Shown here piece after piece: positions 19,542-27,862 of a stretch of DNA of 64,000 nt; the first letter of the stretch is position 1, and every line of letters begins with the position of its first letter. Made by a program: the position numbers and the translations under genes. The notes beneath the pieces are model-generated. The model was given only the letters and a program-made list of their open reading frames with translations. It did not search any database and was not told where the DNA came from. Source of the stretch: Candidatus Latescibacterota bacterium (lineage in GTDB: Bacteria; Latescibacterota; UBA2968; UBA8231); NCBI GenBank assembly GCA_965203175.1, contig OZ241867.1, positions 5,376,001 through 5,440,000 of the forward strand, written 5' to 3'.

Positions 19542-19584
19542 TAAATCCAAAGGGGAGATGTGGCCACATCTCCCCTTGGATTTA
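19542..19584. terminator. 43-bp near-perfect palindrome; intra-operon stem-loop (terminator, attenuator or mRNA stabiliser)
   Basis: TAAATCCAAAGGGGAGATGTGG|CCACATCTCCCCTTGGATTTA. The arms are complementary except for one bulged A. It lies 28 bp after the stop of 19613-20563, with no long U-tract on the coding strand. Confidence 0.7.
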
Positions 19585-19612
19585 TGCTGTTTCCCAATGA
19601 CTTGGGATCGGG

Positions 19613-20563
19613 CTACTGCTGAATATAAGCGGCCTTGATGCGACCCCAGCTTTCTTCCTCGACCGCCGTCCCCGTCACCATTTGGCTGAAGTCCACGCGT
19701 GGGTCAGTCGGCGCGAGAAGGAAGTCCGAGCAGTTACCGCAATCGAACCACATCTGGATGTTGGGGTTGATACCCCAGCCGCCAGTGCTGCCGGAATTGT
19801 CTTCGGCATCATTGTCCATATCGTGGACCACCCAACCGAGGCCGATAGTATTGCCTTCGACGAAGGTGTGCTCCGGCTCGCTTTCTGTGGGGCCTACCCA
19901 GTGAAAATCATCCCAAGCGGCCGACATGATCTCGATGCGGGCAGTAACTTCGCCGGCGTTCGACTCCCCGTCTAGCTGGAAGCCGTAATCGCCCCACGGC
20001 GGGACGTCATGCCAAGTCGACTTGCTTTGGAACCACCACTTCCAGCCAAAAGGCTCCAGCGGCGGAAAACGGCAGTGGGCGTTTTGTGCGTAACGGCCCT
20101 GGTTGCGCTGGTGCTCCTCTTCGCTTTCGAAATCGCCGGCCGCGTACCAATGCTGGTCGCCGCCGTGGTCGGAGTCAATCATAATCTCCCAGCTATCGTC
20201 GCCGCCGGCGACCGCGCCGACGCCATTGCGATCCCAGTAGTTGTCGAAGCGCTCCATCATGAAATAGAGGCGATTAGTGCCTTGGCTCCAACCGGCAACG
20301 ACCCTGAAGGACAGATTGCTCTCGTCATTTTCGTGTCCCAACCCAAGATAGTATTCGAAGTGGGACTCAAAGGGCACGTAATAATCCTCAGGGACGATAT
20401 CCCATTCGGACAAGTCGCCATCCAGCGTGGGTTCCATACCAGCAGGGAACTGGAACAGGGTACCGGATTCAATGCCAACGATGTCGACATGAGCCGATAC
20501 CGCGCTGGCCTGTAGCATGATGCCTAAGGCCAAAATACTCGCGATGCTCAAAATCTTCTTCAT
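19613..20563 (-). CDS. Secreted CBM9/DOMON-like protein with short C-terminal 'TAVEEESWGRIK' motif
   Basis: ATG 20563 with GAGGTG RBS and signal peptide MKKILSIASILALGIMLQASAVSA. 'PTLDGDLSEWD', 'GWSQGTNRLYF', 'GNTIGLGWVVHDMD'. Homologous to 1446-2540. Confidence 0.72.
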   Translation of the reverse strand: MKKILSIASILALGIMLQASAVSAHVDIVGIESGTLFQFPAGMEPTLDGDLSEWDIVPEDYYVPFESHFEYYLGLGHENDESNLSFRVVAGWSQGTNRLYFMMERFDNYWDRNGVGAVAGGDDSWEIMIDSDHGGDQHWYAAGDFESEEEHQRNQGRYAQNAHCRFPPLEPFGWKWWFQSKSTWHDVPPWGDYGFQLDGESNAGEVTARIEIMSAAWDDFHWVGPTESEPEHTFVEGNTIGLGWVVHDMDNDAEDNSGSTGGWGINPNIQMWFDCGNCSDFLLAPTDPRVDFSQMVTGTAVEEESWGRIKAAYIQQ

Positions 20564-20692
20564 AACGCAATTCACCTCATGGGTTCGTGGTTTGAATATT
20601 CGTCAAAAAAACGAAAAGTGAGCTTCTAATGCCTAAAACGGCCTCTCTTTACCTCCTTTCAACAGCTCTTAATAGTTGCTAAATATCGGCAC

Positions 20693-20722
20693 AATATAAA
20701 TAAAGAGGAGAGCAAAAGACAA
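20693..20722 (-). promoter_or_regulatory. Candidate sigma70-type promoter for the envelope cassette
   Basis: Minus strand TTGTCT-N18-TATATT within the AT-rich intergenic region 20564-20728. Confidence 0.35.
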
Positions 20723-20728
20723 CTACCT

Positions 20729-22720
20729 CTATTTTTCGCCTCCTTCCTCCAAATACCAAGTCTCCGGATAGTACGGCCACGTCCAGCGCGAATCCCAACC
20801 CCAATAGCCCTGGGGCGGCACATTGCGCAGCTTGCGACTGACCACGACCGGATGCGGCCCCAAGCCAATGACGCCAAGTGCCCACAGGTTCTCAGCTTGG
20901 CTGCGGAGGATCTTCTTGCCCATCGCAATGCGTTCGTCCTCGTCCGTGGTGCGGCGCAGTATCTCCCACCAGCCGATCAGCTCCTTGATCTGCGCCGGCG
21001 GCTCCCACCCAAGCGCGCCGTCGGAGAAGTACCACCGCGTCCACTTGGACCATTGACTCTGCTCCCAGCCGCCATTGGTCGGCACATACCAGTACGGCTC
21101 AATGGGGAAGAGGATATCCGCATTGCGGTCGGCGTGCCAGATGGTCATGTCCATCAAACCCGCCCTAGCGCGGATCCGCTGCAGCGTGCCGCTGATCTGT
21201 TTGAGATTGACGTTTACCCCCACCTCGCGCCAGTAAGCCGAAACCAAGTCTAGGGTAACCTGCTTGGGCGTCTCGCCGATCATGTACTCCAAGGTGATTT
21301 GCAATGGCTTGCCGTCGAACCGCTCGCGCCGGCCATCTCCATCGCGATCGACAAGTCCCATTTCGTCGAACAGGGCACGCGCTCGCACCGGGTCAAACTC
21401 TGCCCAAGCCGTGGCAAATTCTGGCTCGAAGTAGCGACTTGCAGACACTACCGTAAGTTGACGCGGCACCCCATAACCAAAGTAAACGATGTCGTTGATT
21501 TCCTCCCGATTGATGGCCAGCGACATCGCCCGGCGGAAGCGCACGTCTTGGAAAATCCGCCGCAGCCCCTCGTCGGGATGATTCAAATTGAACTGCAACA
21601 CCACGTCCGAGCCGTACGGCCGCGGCCAGACGTACGTGGAATAGTCGTTGTGCTGCTCAAAGCGCTTAAACAGCGGAATATCGGCTGTCATAAATTGCCG
21701 TCCGGCAAAGTCAACCTGTCCGGTCGAGGCTTTGGCCGCCATAATCTCGGGGCTATCGACCCGCTGTACCTCCAGATAGTCGATGTAGGGCAACTGGTTG
21801 CCTGCGGGATCCACCTTGAAATAGTAGGGATTGCGGCGCAATAGGGCGCGCGTCGAGGTCCGGCTGACTAGTACGTACGCCGTCAGCACGGGGCGGTTGA
21901 AGTGAATCAGATCAGTCGTGCTGTTGACCGCCACGAAATAGGTGAGCCAATCCTGCAAACCCAGCTCTTCGGCTTCGCGCTCCAACTGCGCGGGATCGGT
22001 AAACGCCGGGTGGTAGCGGCGCATGAAGTGCGCAGGCATCACCAAGCGCGAACTGTTGTGGGCGAGATGGTTGACAAACAGCGGCATCGGCTGGGGAAAG
22101 TGATAACTAAAACTGTGCGCATCGTGCTTTTCGATTCGCGCGCCCTTGAACCGAGGCTCTACCACCGGCGTGAGTTCCTCGTTCATCAGCACGTGGTCGA
22201 ACCAGAACGCGTAGTCGTCAGCCGTTACGGGATGGCCGTCGGACCACTTGTGGCCGGGGCGCAGAGTAATCCGCAAGGTCCGCGCACCGTTGAGGTATTC
22301 GGCCTTTGCCGCAAAATTCGGCAGATTCAACCGCATTTGCGGCCCCGGACGCAGCACTCCCTCGGGCACGTTGATCAGACTTTCACCCGCGAAAAACAGC
22401 CGGGCCGTGCCTCCGTAGCGGCCAATCTCGCCGAAAGGTTGGACCACCACAGGGTCGTCGGGCAGGCGCTCGGCGACCGGCGGCAATTCACCGGCAGCCA
22501 CCAATTCATCGAGCGCGGGCGATTGGCGAAAGGTCTGCAATCCCACTGCCGAAGCCGTGGCCGGCGGCCGGAACCAAGCCTCTGGCCACGCACTCTGCGG
22601 GATGTCGCCCGTCGTCGACGCCTCAGCCGCGATCGGACGCTCCGCTTCGACCGGAATACAACCCAACCACGCAACTGCGCCGATACTCCACACCATCTTG
22701 CCCCATCCAATCACCTGCAT
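20729..22720 (-). CDS. ABC transporter substrate-binding protein, family 5 (oligopeptide/oligosaccharide type)
   Basis: 'SPALDELVAAGELPPVAERLPDDPVVV..IGRYGGT', 'LRPGHKWSDGHPVTADD', 'RNPYYFKVDPAGNQLPYID', 'DVRFRRAMSLAINREEI'. Likely start ATG 22720. Confidence 0.88.
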   Translation of the reverse strand: MQVIGWGKMVWSIGAVAWLGCIPVEAERPIAAEASTTGDIPQSAWPEAWFRPPATASAVGLQTFRQSPALDELVAAGELPPVAERLPDDPVVVQPFGEIGRYGGTARLFFAGESLINVPEGVLRPGPQMRLNLPNFAAKAEYLNGARTLRITLRPGHKWSDGHPVTADDYAFWFDHVLMNEELTPVVEPRFKGARIEKHDAHSFSYHFPQPMPLFVNHLAHNSSRLVMPAHFMRRYHPAFTDPAQLEREAEELGLQDWLTYFVAVNSTTDLIHFNRPVLTAYVLVSRTSTRALLRRNPYYFKVDPAGNQLPYIDYLEVQRVDSPEIMAAKASTGQVDFAGRQFMTADIPLFKRFEQHNDYSTYVWPRPYGSDVVLQFNLNHPDEGLRRIFQDVRFRRAMSLAINREEINDIVYFGYGVPRQLTVVSASRYFEPEFATAWAEFDPVRARALFDEMGLVDRDGDGRRERFDGKPLQITLEYMIGETPKQVTLDLVSAYWREVGVNVNLKQISGTLQRIRARAGLMDMTIWHADRNADILFPIEPYWYVPTNGGWEQSQWSKWTRWYFSDGALGWEPPAQIKELIGWWEILRRTTDEDERIAMGKKILRSQAENLWALGVIGLGPHPVVVSRKLRNVPPQGYWGWDSRWTWPYYPETWYLEEGGEK

Positions 22721-22835
22721 GACCTCTCTCCTTTTCCCATCTTCTTGACGAGTTGGACGAAGTTTAATAATCTGTACCCCACCAACACAAAGCGTCCCCC
22801 TTGCGCAACTAATTGTGCCACCAGGAAAAACCGCC

Positions 22836-24086
22836 ATGACCGTGACCGCACAGCCCCAATTACAACAAGAGCAAGAGCAAGCCCCGCCCCCTCAGCCTCA
22901 ATGTACGGCTGCCCGCCTGATCCACGCCGCCCTCGCCGACATCCCCATCCCCTGTCAGTTTACCTTTGCACAAGGTGAGACCTTGCGCTTAGGACCAGCG
23001 GGCGAACCGGCCTTTAGCGTCGTCTTCCACTCCGACGAGGTGCTCGGCAAAAGACTCGACGAATACGCCATCGGTCGCGCTTACGTCGAGGGCCAGATCG
23101 AAATCGAGGGCGATGTGCTCTCCTTCCTAGATCTGCGCCAGTACGCCAAGGGCAAGGTCAGCCCCGGCTTCCTGCTGCGGGCCTATCTACAACTCCTCTG
23201 GAGCAACCGCATCCGCCTCAATCGCGCTGCCATCGCGCACCACTATAACTTCGGCGACGATTTCTACTTGGCGTTCGTCGATCGCCAGTACCATCTCTAC
23301 TCACACTGCCTCTTTCACGACGATGACGAAACACTGGAGCAGGCCGCCGAGCACAAATTTGCCACTATGGCCCAAGCCCTGCGCCTGCAAGCGGGCGACC
23401 GCCTGCTCGACATCGGCGCGGGCTGGGGCGCAGTTACCCGCTACGCCGGCCCGCGCGGCATCCACAGCACGGCCCTGACCATTGCCGAGGACTCGCACCG
23501 ACTGCACCGAGAACTCATCGCCGAACAAGGGCTGACGAACTGCCAAATCCTCCTTGAAGATTTCCTCGAGCACGACCCGCCCGAACCGTACGACGCTATC
23601 GTCATCTTCGGCGTCATTGAGCATATCCCACACTACCGCGACTTTGCCGCGCAAGTGTGGAAATGCCTCAAACCCGGAGGGCGCATCTATTTGGACGCCT
23701 CGGCCACGCTTGAGAAATACAAGGTGAGCAACTTCGTGCGTCGCTATATCTACCCCGGCACTCACACGTACCTGTGCCTACCCGACCTGCTGCAAGAGTT
23801 CCTCATGCACGGCTTCAAGGTGGAGGAAGTGGTAGATGAAACTCACGAGTACGCCCTGACGCTGGAGCACTGGGCCTCTCGCTTTGAGGCCAACCGCCAG
23901 ACCATGGTTGAACGCTGGGGCGAAGCGGTTTTCCGCGCCTTCCGCCTGTACTTGTGGGGCGGGTCCCACGCCATGCACAACCACCAACTCCAAGCCTACC
24001 ACGTGGTGGCCCAACGCACCGAGGACCCCGGCATCCGGCCAAGTTTTTTCAAGCGCCTGCTCTACTTCATCCGCAGTCTCAAATAG
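22836..24086 (+). CDS. Cyclopropane-fatty-acyl-phospholipid synthase family SAM methyltransferase
   Basis: 'IAHHYNFGDDFY', 'YSHCLF...TLEQA', SAM motif 'LLDIGAGWG', 'GVIEHI', 'RYIYPG', 'YALTLEHW', 'FRLYL'. Likely start ATG 22836. Confidence 0.85.
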   Translation: MTVTAQPQLQQEQEQAPPPQPQCTAARLIHAALADIPIPCQFTFAQGETLRLGPAGEPAFSVVFHSDEVLGKRLDEYAIGRAYVEGQIEIEGDVLSFLDLRQYAKGKVSPGFLLRAYLQLLWSNRIRLNRAAIAHHYNFGDDFYLAFVDRQYHLYSHCLFHDDDETLEQAAEHKFATMAQALRLQAGDRLLDIGAGWGAVTRYAGPRGIHSTALTIAEDSHRLHRELIAEQGLTNCQILLEDFLEHDPPEPYDAIVIFGVIEHIPHYRDFAAQVWKCLKPGGRIYLDASATLEKYKVSNFVRRYIYPGTHTYLCLPDLLQEFLMHGFKVEEVVDETHEYALTLEHWASRFEANRQTMVERWGEAVFRAFRLYLWGGSHAMHNHQLQAYHVVAQRTEDPGIRPSFFKRLLYFIRSLK

Positions 24087-24090
24087 GCGG

Positions 24091-26034
24091 TTCCCCACGT
24101 CCCGCACCACCCCTCTACCCTCTTTCTCTCTGCGCGCCGTCCTCACGGGTTTGCTCCTCGTGGGGGCGATCAGCGTGCTGAGTCCTTGGGGCATTCTCAT
24201 AGTCAAGGGCTCGCAGATTACCAGCAATGCCATCCCCTTAATCGCCGTCCTTTTTCTTTTTCTGCTGACAGCCGTAGCCCTGCCCCTGCTCAAGCTGCTA
24301 GGCCGCACGTGGGCCTTTTCCCGCACCGAACTCATCGCCGTGTACGCCATGATGCTGGTCGGCGCGGTCGTGGTTACCACCGGCTTCACCGGCAGCTTCC
24401 TGTCGGTCATCACCGGGGCCGCGTACTACGCCACGCCGGAGAATGCCTGGCAGGAACTCTTCGTCGAATACATCCATCCCTGGCTGGTTCCCGCCGATAC
24501 CGAGGCCGTGCGCCTGTTCTACGAAGGGCTGCCCCAGGGCAGCGCCATACCATGGGCCGCCTGGAGCCGCCCACTATTCGCCTGGATATGCTTTATCTTC
24601 GTCTTCTACTGGGTCCTCTTTTGCCTCGGCGTGTTGCTCAGAGGCCAGTGGATCGCCAACGAGCGGCTTGTCTTTCCCCTCACCCGCCTGCCTCTCGCCA
24701 TGCTCGAAGACGCAGACTCCGCGCCCCTCTTCAGCGGCCTGTTTAAAAACCGCCTGCTGTGGCTGGGCTTTGCCGTGCCGCTCCTCCTCCACTCGTGGAA
24801 CTCGCTCAACTACTACCACGACGCCTTCCAGCCTATAGCCCTGAACGGCAGATTGTCCCTGCTCCAAGGCAGCGTCAGCCTGCCCTGGCTGATCAACCTG
24901 CCGATCCTGGGCCTAGCTTACCTGATGGCGCTCAGCGTCTCCTTCAGCATTTGGTTTTTCTTTTTGTTCTACACCCTAGAAAAAGTCGTCTTCGCCCGCA
25001 TCGGCCTCGTAATCGGCGGAGGCGATATTTGGACCTCGGGCGGTGGCTCAGTCCCCATCTCTCACCAGCAGGCCGGCGGCCTCTTGGTGCTGACCCTCTT
25101 CGTGTTGTGGACCGCCCGCACTCATCTGCGCCGCCTGTGGAGCCAAGCGTTAAAAGGCGAGCCAGCCCCCGGCGAACTCATGGCCCCGCGCACGGCCTTT
25201 GGCGGCCTAGCAGCCGGCGTGGCGTTCATGGTTGCCTGGCTGACCCTCACTGGCCTCTCCCTGTACGCGGCGGTGCTGCTGGTGGTAGGGGCGCTCATCG
25301 TCTTTATCGGTCTGTCGCGCATCGTCTGTGAGGCTGGTATCCCCGGCTGCCAGACGCCGATGGCACCACAGGCCTTCATCACCCGAGGTATTGGCCCCGA
25401 GACCCTCGGCCTTGGCAACATGACCGGCTTGGGTCTGAGCACGGTGTGGATGGGCGAGACCGCGGCCAACATGATGAACGCCATCATGCACAGCCTCAAG
25501 CTCACCTCCGGCGACTCGCCCGCGCCGCGCTGGCTGCCTTGGGCCTTGTTTGCCGCCATCGCCGTGGGGCTACTCGGCTCCATCTGGTTTACCATGACCC
25601 TAGCCTATACCTATGGCGGCATCAACCTGCACGGCTGGTACTTTAGCGGCGCGCCGCGCTGGCCCTTTACCTATATGGCGTCAGTGTACAACGCGCCCGA
25701 GCCGTCATTTGCCCCGCGCCTCGCCTTCACCGCCAGCGGGAGCTTTGTCATGGCAGCCCTGCTCTTTTTGCGCCACCGCTTCACGTGGTGGCCACTGCAT
25801 CCTTTGGGTTTTCCCATCGCCTCCACCTTCACCATTGTTTACTATGGCTGGTTGTCCATCTTTTTGGCCTGGTTACTCAAGGCGACCATCCTGCGTTACG
25901 GCGGGGTGCGCACCTACCGCGCCCTGCTGCCGTTCTTTTTGGGCCTGATCCTCGGCGACTTCACCACAGCTTGCCTGTGGCTCTTCATCGACGGGGCCTA
26001 CGGCGTCGAGGGCAACATGATCTTCAACTTCTGA
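24091..26034 (+). CDS. Polytopic membrane protein, DUF6785/DUF6784-like (putative transporter); start codon unresolved
   Basis: 'YYATPENAW', 'IPWAAW', 'QWIANERLVFPL', 'SRIVCEAG', 'WWPLHPLGF', 'WLLKATILRYGG'. Homologous to 30351-32312 and 32577-34541. No in-frame ATG/GTG/TTG between the cfa stop and the first TM helix. Confidence 0.72.
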   Translation, partial: FPTSRTTPLPSFSLRAVLTGLLLVGAISVLSPWGILIVKGSQITSNAIPLIAVLFLFLLTAVALPLLKLLGRTWAFSRTELIAVYAMMLVGAVVVTTGFTGSFLSVITGAAYYATPENAWQELFVEYIHPWLVPADTEAVRLFYEGLPQGSAIPWAAWSRPLFAWICFIFVFYWVLFCLGVLLRGQWIANERLVFPLTRLPLAMLEDADSAPLFSGLFKNRLLWLGFAVPLLLHSWNSLNYYHDAFQPIALNGRLSLLQGSVSLPWLINLPILGLAYLMALSVSFSIWFFFLFYTLEKVVFARIGLVIGGGDIWTSGGGSVPISHQQAGGLLVLTLFVLWTARTHLRRLWSQALKGEPAPGELMAPRTAFGGLAAGVAFMVAWLTLTGLSLYAAVLLVVGALIVFIGLSRIVCEAGIPGCQTPMAPQAFITRGIGPETLGLGNMTGLGLSTVWMGETAANMMNAIMHSLKLTSGDSPAPRWLPWALFAAIAVGLLGSIWFTMTLAYTYGGINLHGWYFSGAPRWPFTYMASVYNAPEPSFAPRLAFTASGSFVMAALLFLRHRFTWWPLHPLGFPIASTFTIVYYGWLSIFLAWLLKATILRYGGVRTYRALLPFFLGLILGDFTTACLWLFIDGAYGVEGNMIFNF

Positions 26035-26127
26035 AGTCTGCTTTTGACACGTAATACACGCTCAATTTGACTCAGCGGACTAAATGCCAGACACTTGGCA
26101 CAACCTAAAGAAAAGGAGCAAACGGCC

Positions 26128-26442
26128 ATGATTCGCAAAGCCTTTGTCATGCAAGTCAATCCCGACCAACACGCCGAATACGAAGCGCGCCACAACCCCA
26201 TCTGGCCCGAGTTGGAGCAGACCCTCAAAGAACACGGCGTCCACAACTATTCCATCTTCCTCGACGCAGACACCCATCAGCTTTTTGCCTACGTGGAGCT
26301 CGAAGACGAAGAGCGCTGGAATAGCATTGCCGAGACGCCGAATTGCCGCCGGTGGTGGACCTACATGAAGGACATCATGGCCACCAACCCCGACGACAGC
26401 CCCCGTGCCAAGGACCTGCGCGAGGTCTTCCACATCGACTGA
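26128..26442 (+). CDS. rhaM: L-rhamnose mutarotase
   Basis: '[29 protein letters not shown]...GVHNYSIFL...LFAYVE...[12 protein letters not shown]...LREVFHID'. AAGGAG RBS. Confidence 0.93.
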   Translation: MIRKAFVMQVNPDQHAEYEARHNPIWPELEQTLKEHGVHNYSIFLDADTHQLFAYVELEDEERWNSIAETPNCRRWWTYMKDIMATNPDDSPRAKDLREVFHID

Positions 26443-26512
26443 GTTAGCGTTGGCAGCACATCGTCCTTAGCTTCTGTACTCTAACTTCGCTGCGGAATTT
26501 GCCTGAAAAACC

Positions 26513-27856
26513 ATGCACATTTTGGTCATAGGTGCCGGAGCTATCGGTTTCCAGTTGAGCAAGCAACTGAGCCAAGACGGGCACGACATTACCCAGATCG
26601 ACACCGATCCCAGCCGCGTCAAGCGCGTCAGCGAACAGCTCGACATCATCGTTGCCGAGGGCAATGGCACCAGTTTGCAGGACTTGCGCGGGCTCGGCAT
26701 CGAAAAGGTAGATCTCGTCGCCGCCATGACCACCAACGACGAGGTCAACCTGCTCGCCTGTAGAATGGCCAAGAAGCTAGGCGTCCAATCGGCCATCGCC
26801 CGCATCCGCAATCCCGAATTCACCGCGCCCGATTTTATCTTCAGTCCTCAAGAACTCGGAGTCGATCAGTTCATCCACCCCGAGAAGGAAACCGCCGACG
26901 CCATCGTCCGCCTCATCCGCCAGTCCAGTGCCACCGACTTAGTCGAATTTGCCGAGGGCAAGCTCGTCTTGCTCGGCATGCGCCTCGATCACCAGTCCTC
27001 CCTGCTCCACGCTCCTTTGACCGAATTGGGGCGGCAGTTTGCCGACATTCCCATGCGCATCGTCGCCATCCAGCGCAAGCAGCAGACCTTGATCCCCCGC
27101 GGCAACACCACGCTGCTGCCAGAGGACCGGATCTTCGTCATCAGCGATCCCGACTTCATCCCTTCAGTGGTCAGCTTGACCGGCCTTGCCGACCACCGCA
27201 TCGAGGATATTGCGATCCTCGGCGGCGGCCTCATCGGCCAGTTCGTCGCCCAGGAGCTTTCCTCGCAGATGCGCGTCAGGCTCATCGAAAGCCGCGCCGA
27301 TCGGTCCCGGCAAATCGCCGACCAACTCGCCAACGTGCTGGTCATCCAAGGCGACGGCACAGACTACGATCTGTTAGCAGTCGAAGGCTTAGCCGACATG
27401 GACGCCTTTATCGCCGTTACTGGCAACGACGAAGTCAACATCATCTCGACGCTGGTCGCCAAGCACCTCGAAGTGCCGCGCGCCATCGCCTTGGTCAACA
27501 ACGTCGATTACATGCCCATCACTCCAGCCATCGGCCTCGATTCGGTATTGAGCAAACAGCTCCTGACCGTCAACGCCGTCCAGCGCTACGTGCGACACCA
27601 GCGCATCGCTTCCATCGCCGGCCTGCCCGGCCTCGACGTGGAAGCGATCGAATACATCGCCCACGACGGCAGCAAAATCACCCAAAAACCCCTGGTCTCC
27701 ATCCGCCTACCCAAGGATTCGATCATCGGCGCCGTCGTCCATGGCGATCGCGTAATCATCCCCCGTGGAGATACGCGCATCCAGTCCGGCGACAAAGCCG
27801 TGGTCTTCGCCCGGCACTACGTCCATGAGGAAGTGAGAAAGAGCTTCGGGGGCTAG
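26513..27856 (+). CDS. trkA: Trk potassium uptake system, NAD-binding RCK subunit
   Basis: Two TrkA-N/TrkA-C units (GAGAIG; GGGLIG), 'NDEVNL', 'IPRG' repeats; 447 aa. Confidence 0.95.
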   Translation: MHILVIGAGAIGFQLSKQLSQDGHDITQIDTDPSRVKRVSEQLDIIVAEGNGTSLQDLRGLGIEKVDLVAAMTTNDEVNLLACRMAKKLGVQSAIARIRNPEFTAPDFIFSPQELGVDQFIHPEKETADAIVRLIRQSSATDLVEFAEGKLVLLGMRLDHQSSLLHAPLTELGRQFADIPMRIVAIQRKQQTLIPRGNTTLLPEDRIFVISDPDFIPSVVSLTGLADHRIEDIAILGGGLIGQFVAQELSSQMRVRLIESRADRSRQIADQLANVLVIQGDGTDYDLLAVEGLADMDAFIAVTGNDEVNIISTLVAKHLEVPRAIALVNNVDYMPITPAIGLDSVLSKQLLTVNAVQRYVRHQRIASIAGLPGLDVEAIEYIAHDGSKITQKPLVSIRLPKDSIIGAVVHGDRVIIPRGDTRIQSGDKAVVFARHYVHEEVRKSFGG

Positions 27857-27862
27857 GAACGC

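Noticed and set aside
20640-20665. Strong Shine-Dalgarno-like AAAGGAGGT in the cassette leader, suggesting a leader peptide
   Set aside because: No start codon at a suitable distance downstream, so a uORF cannot be supported.
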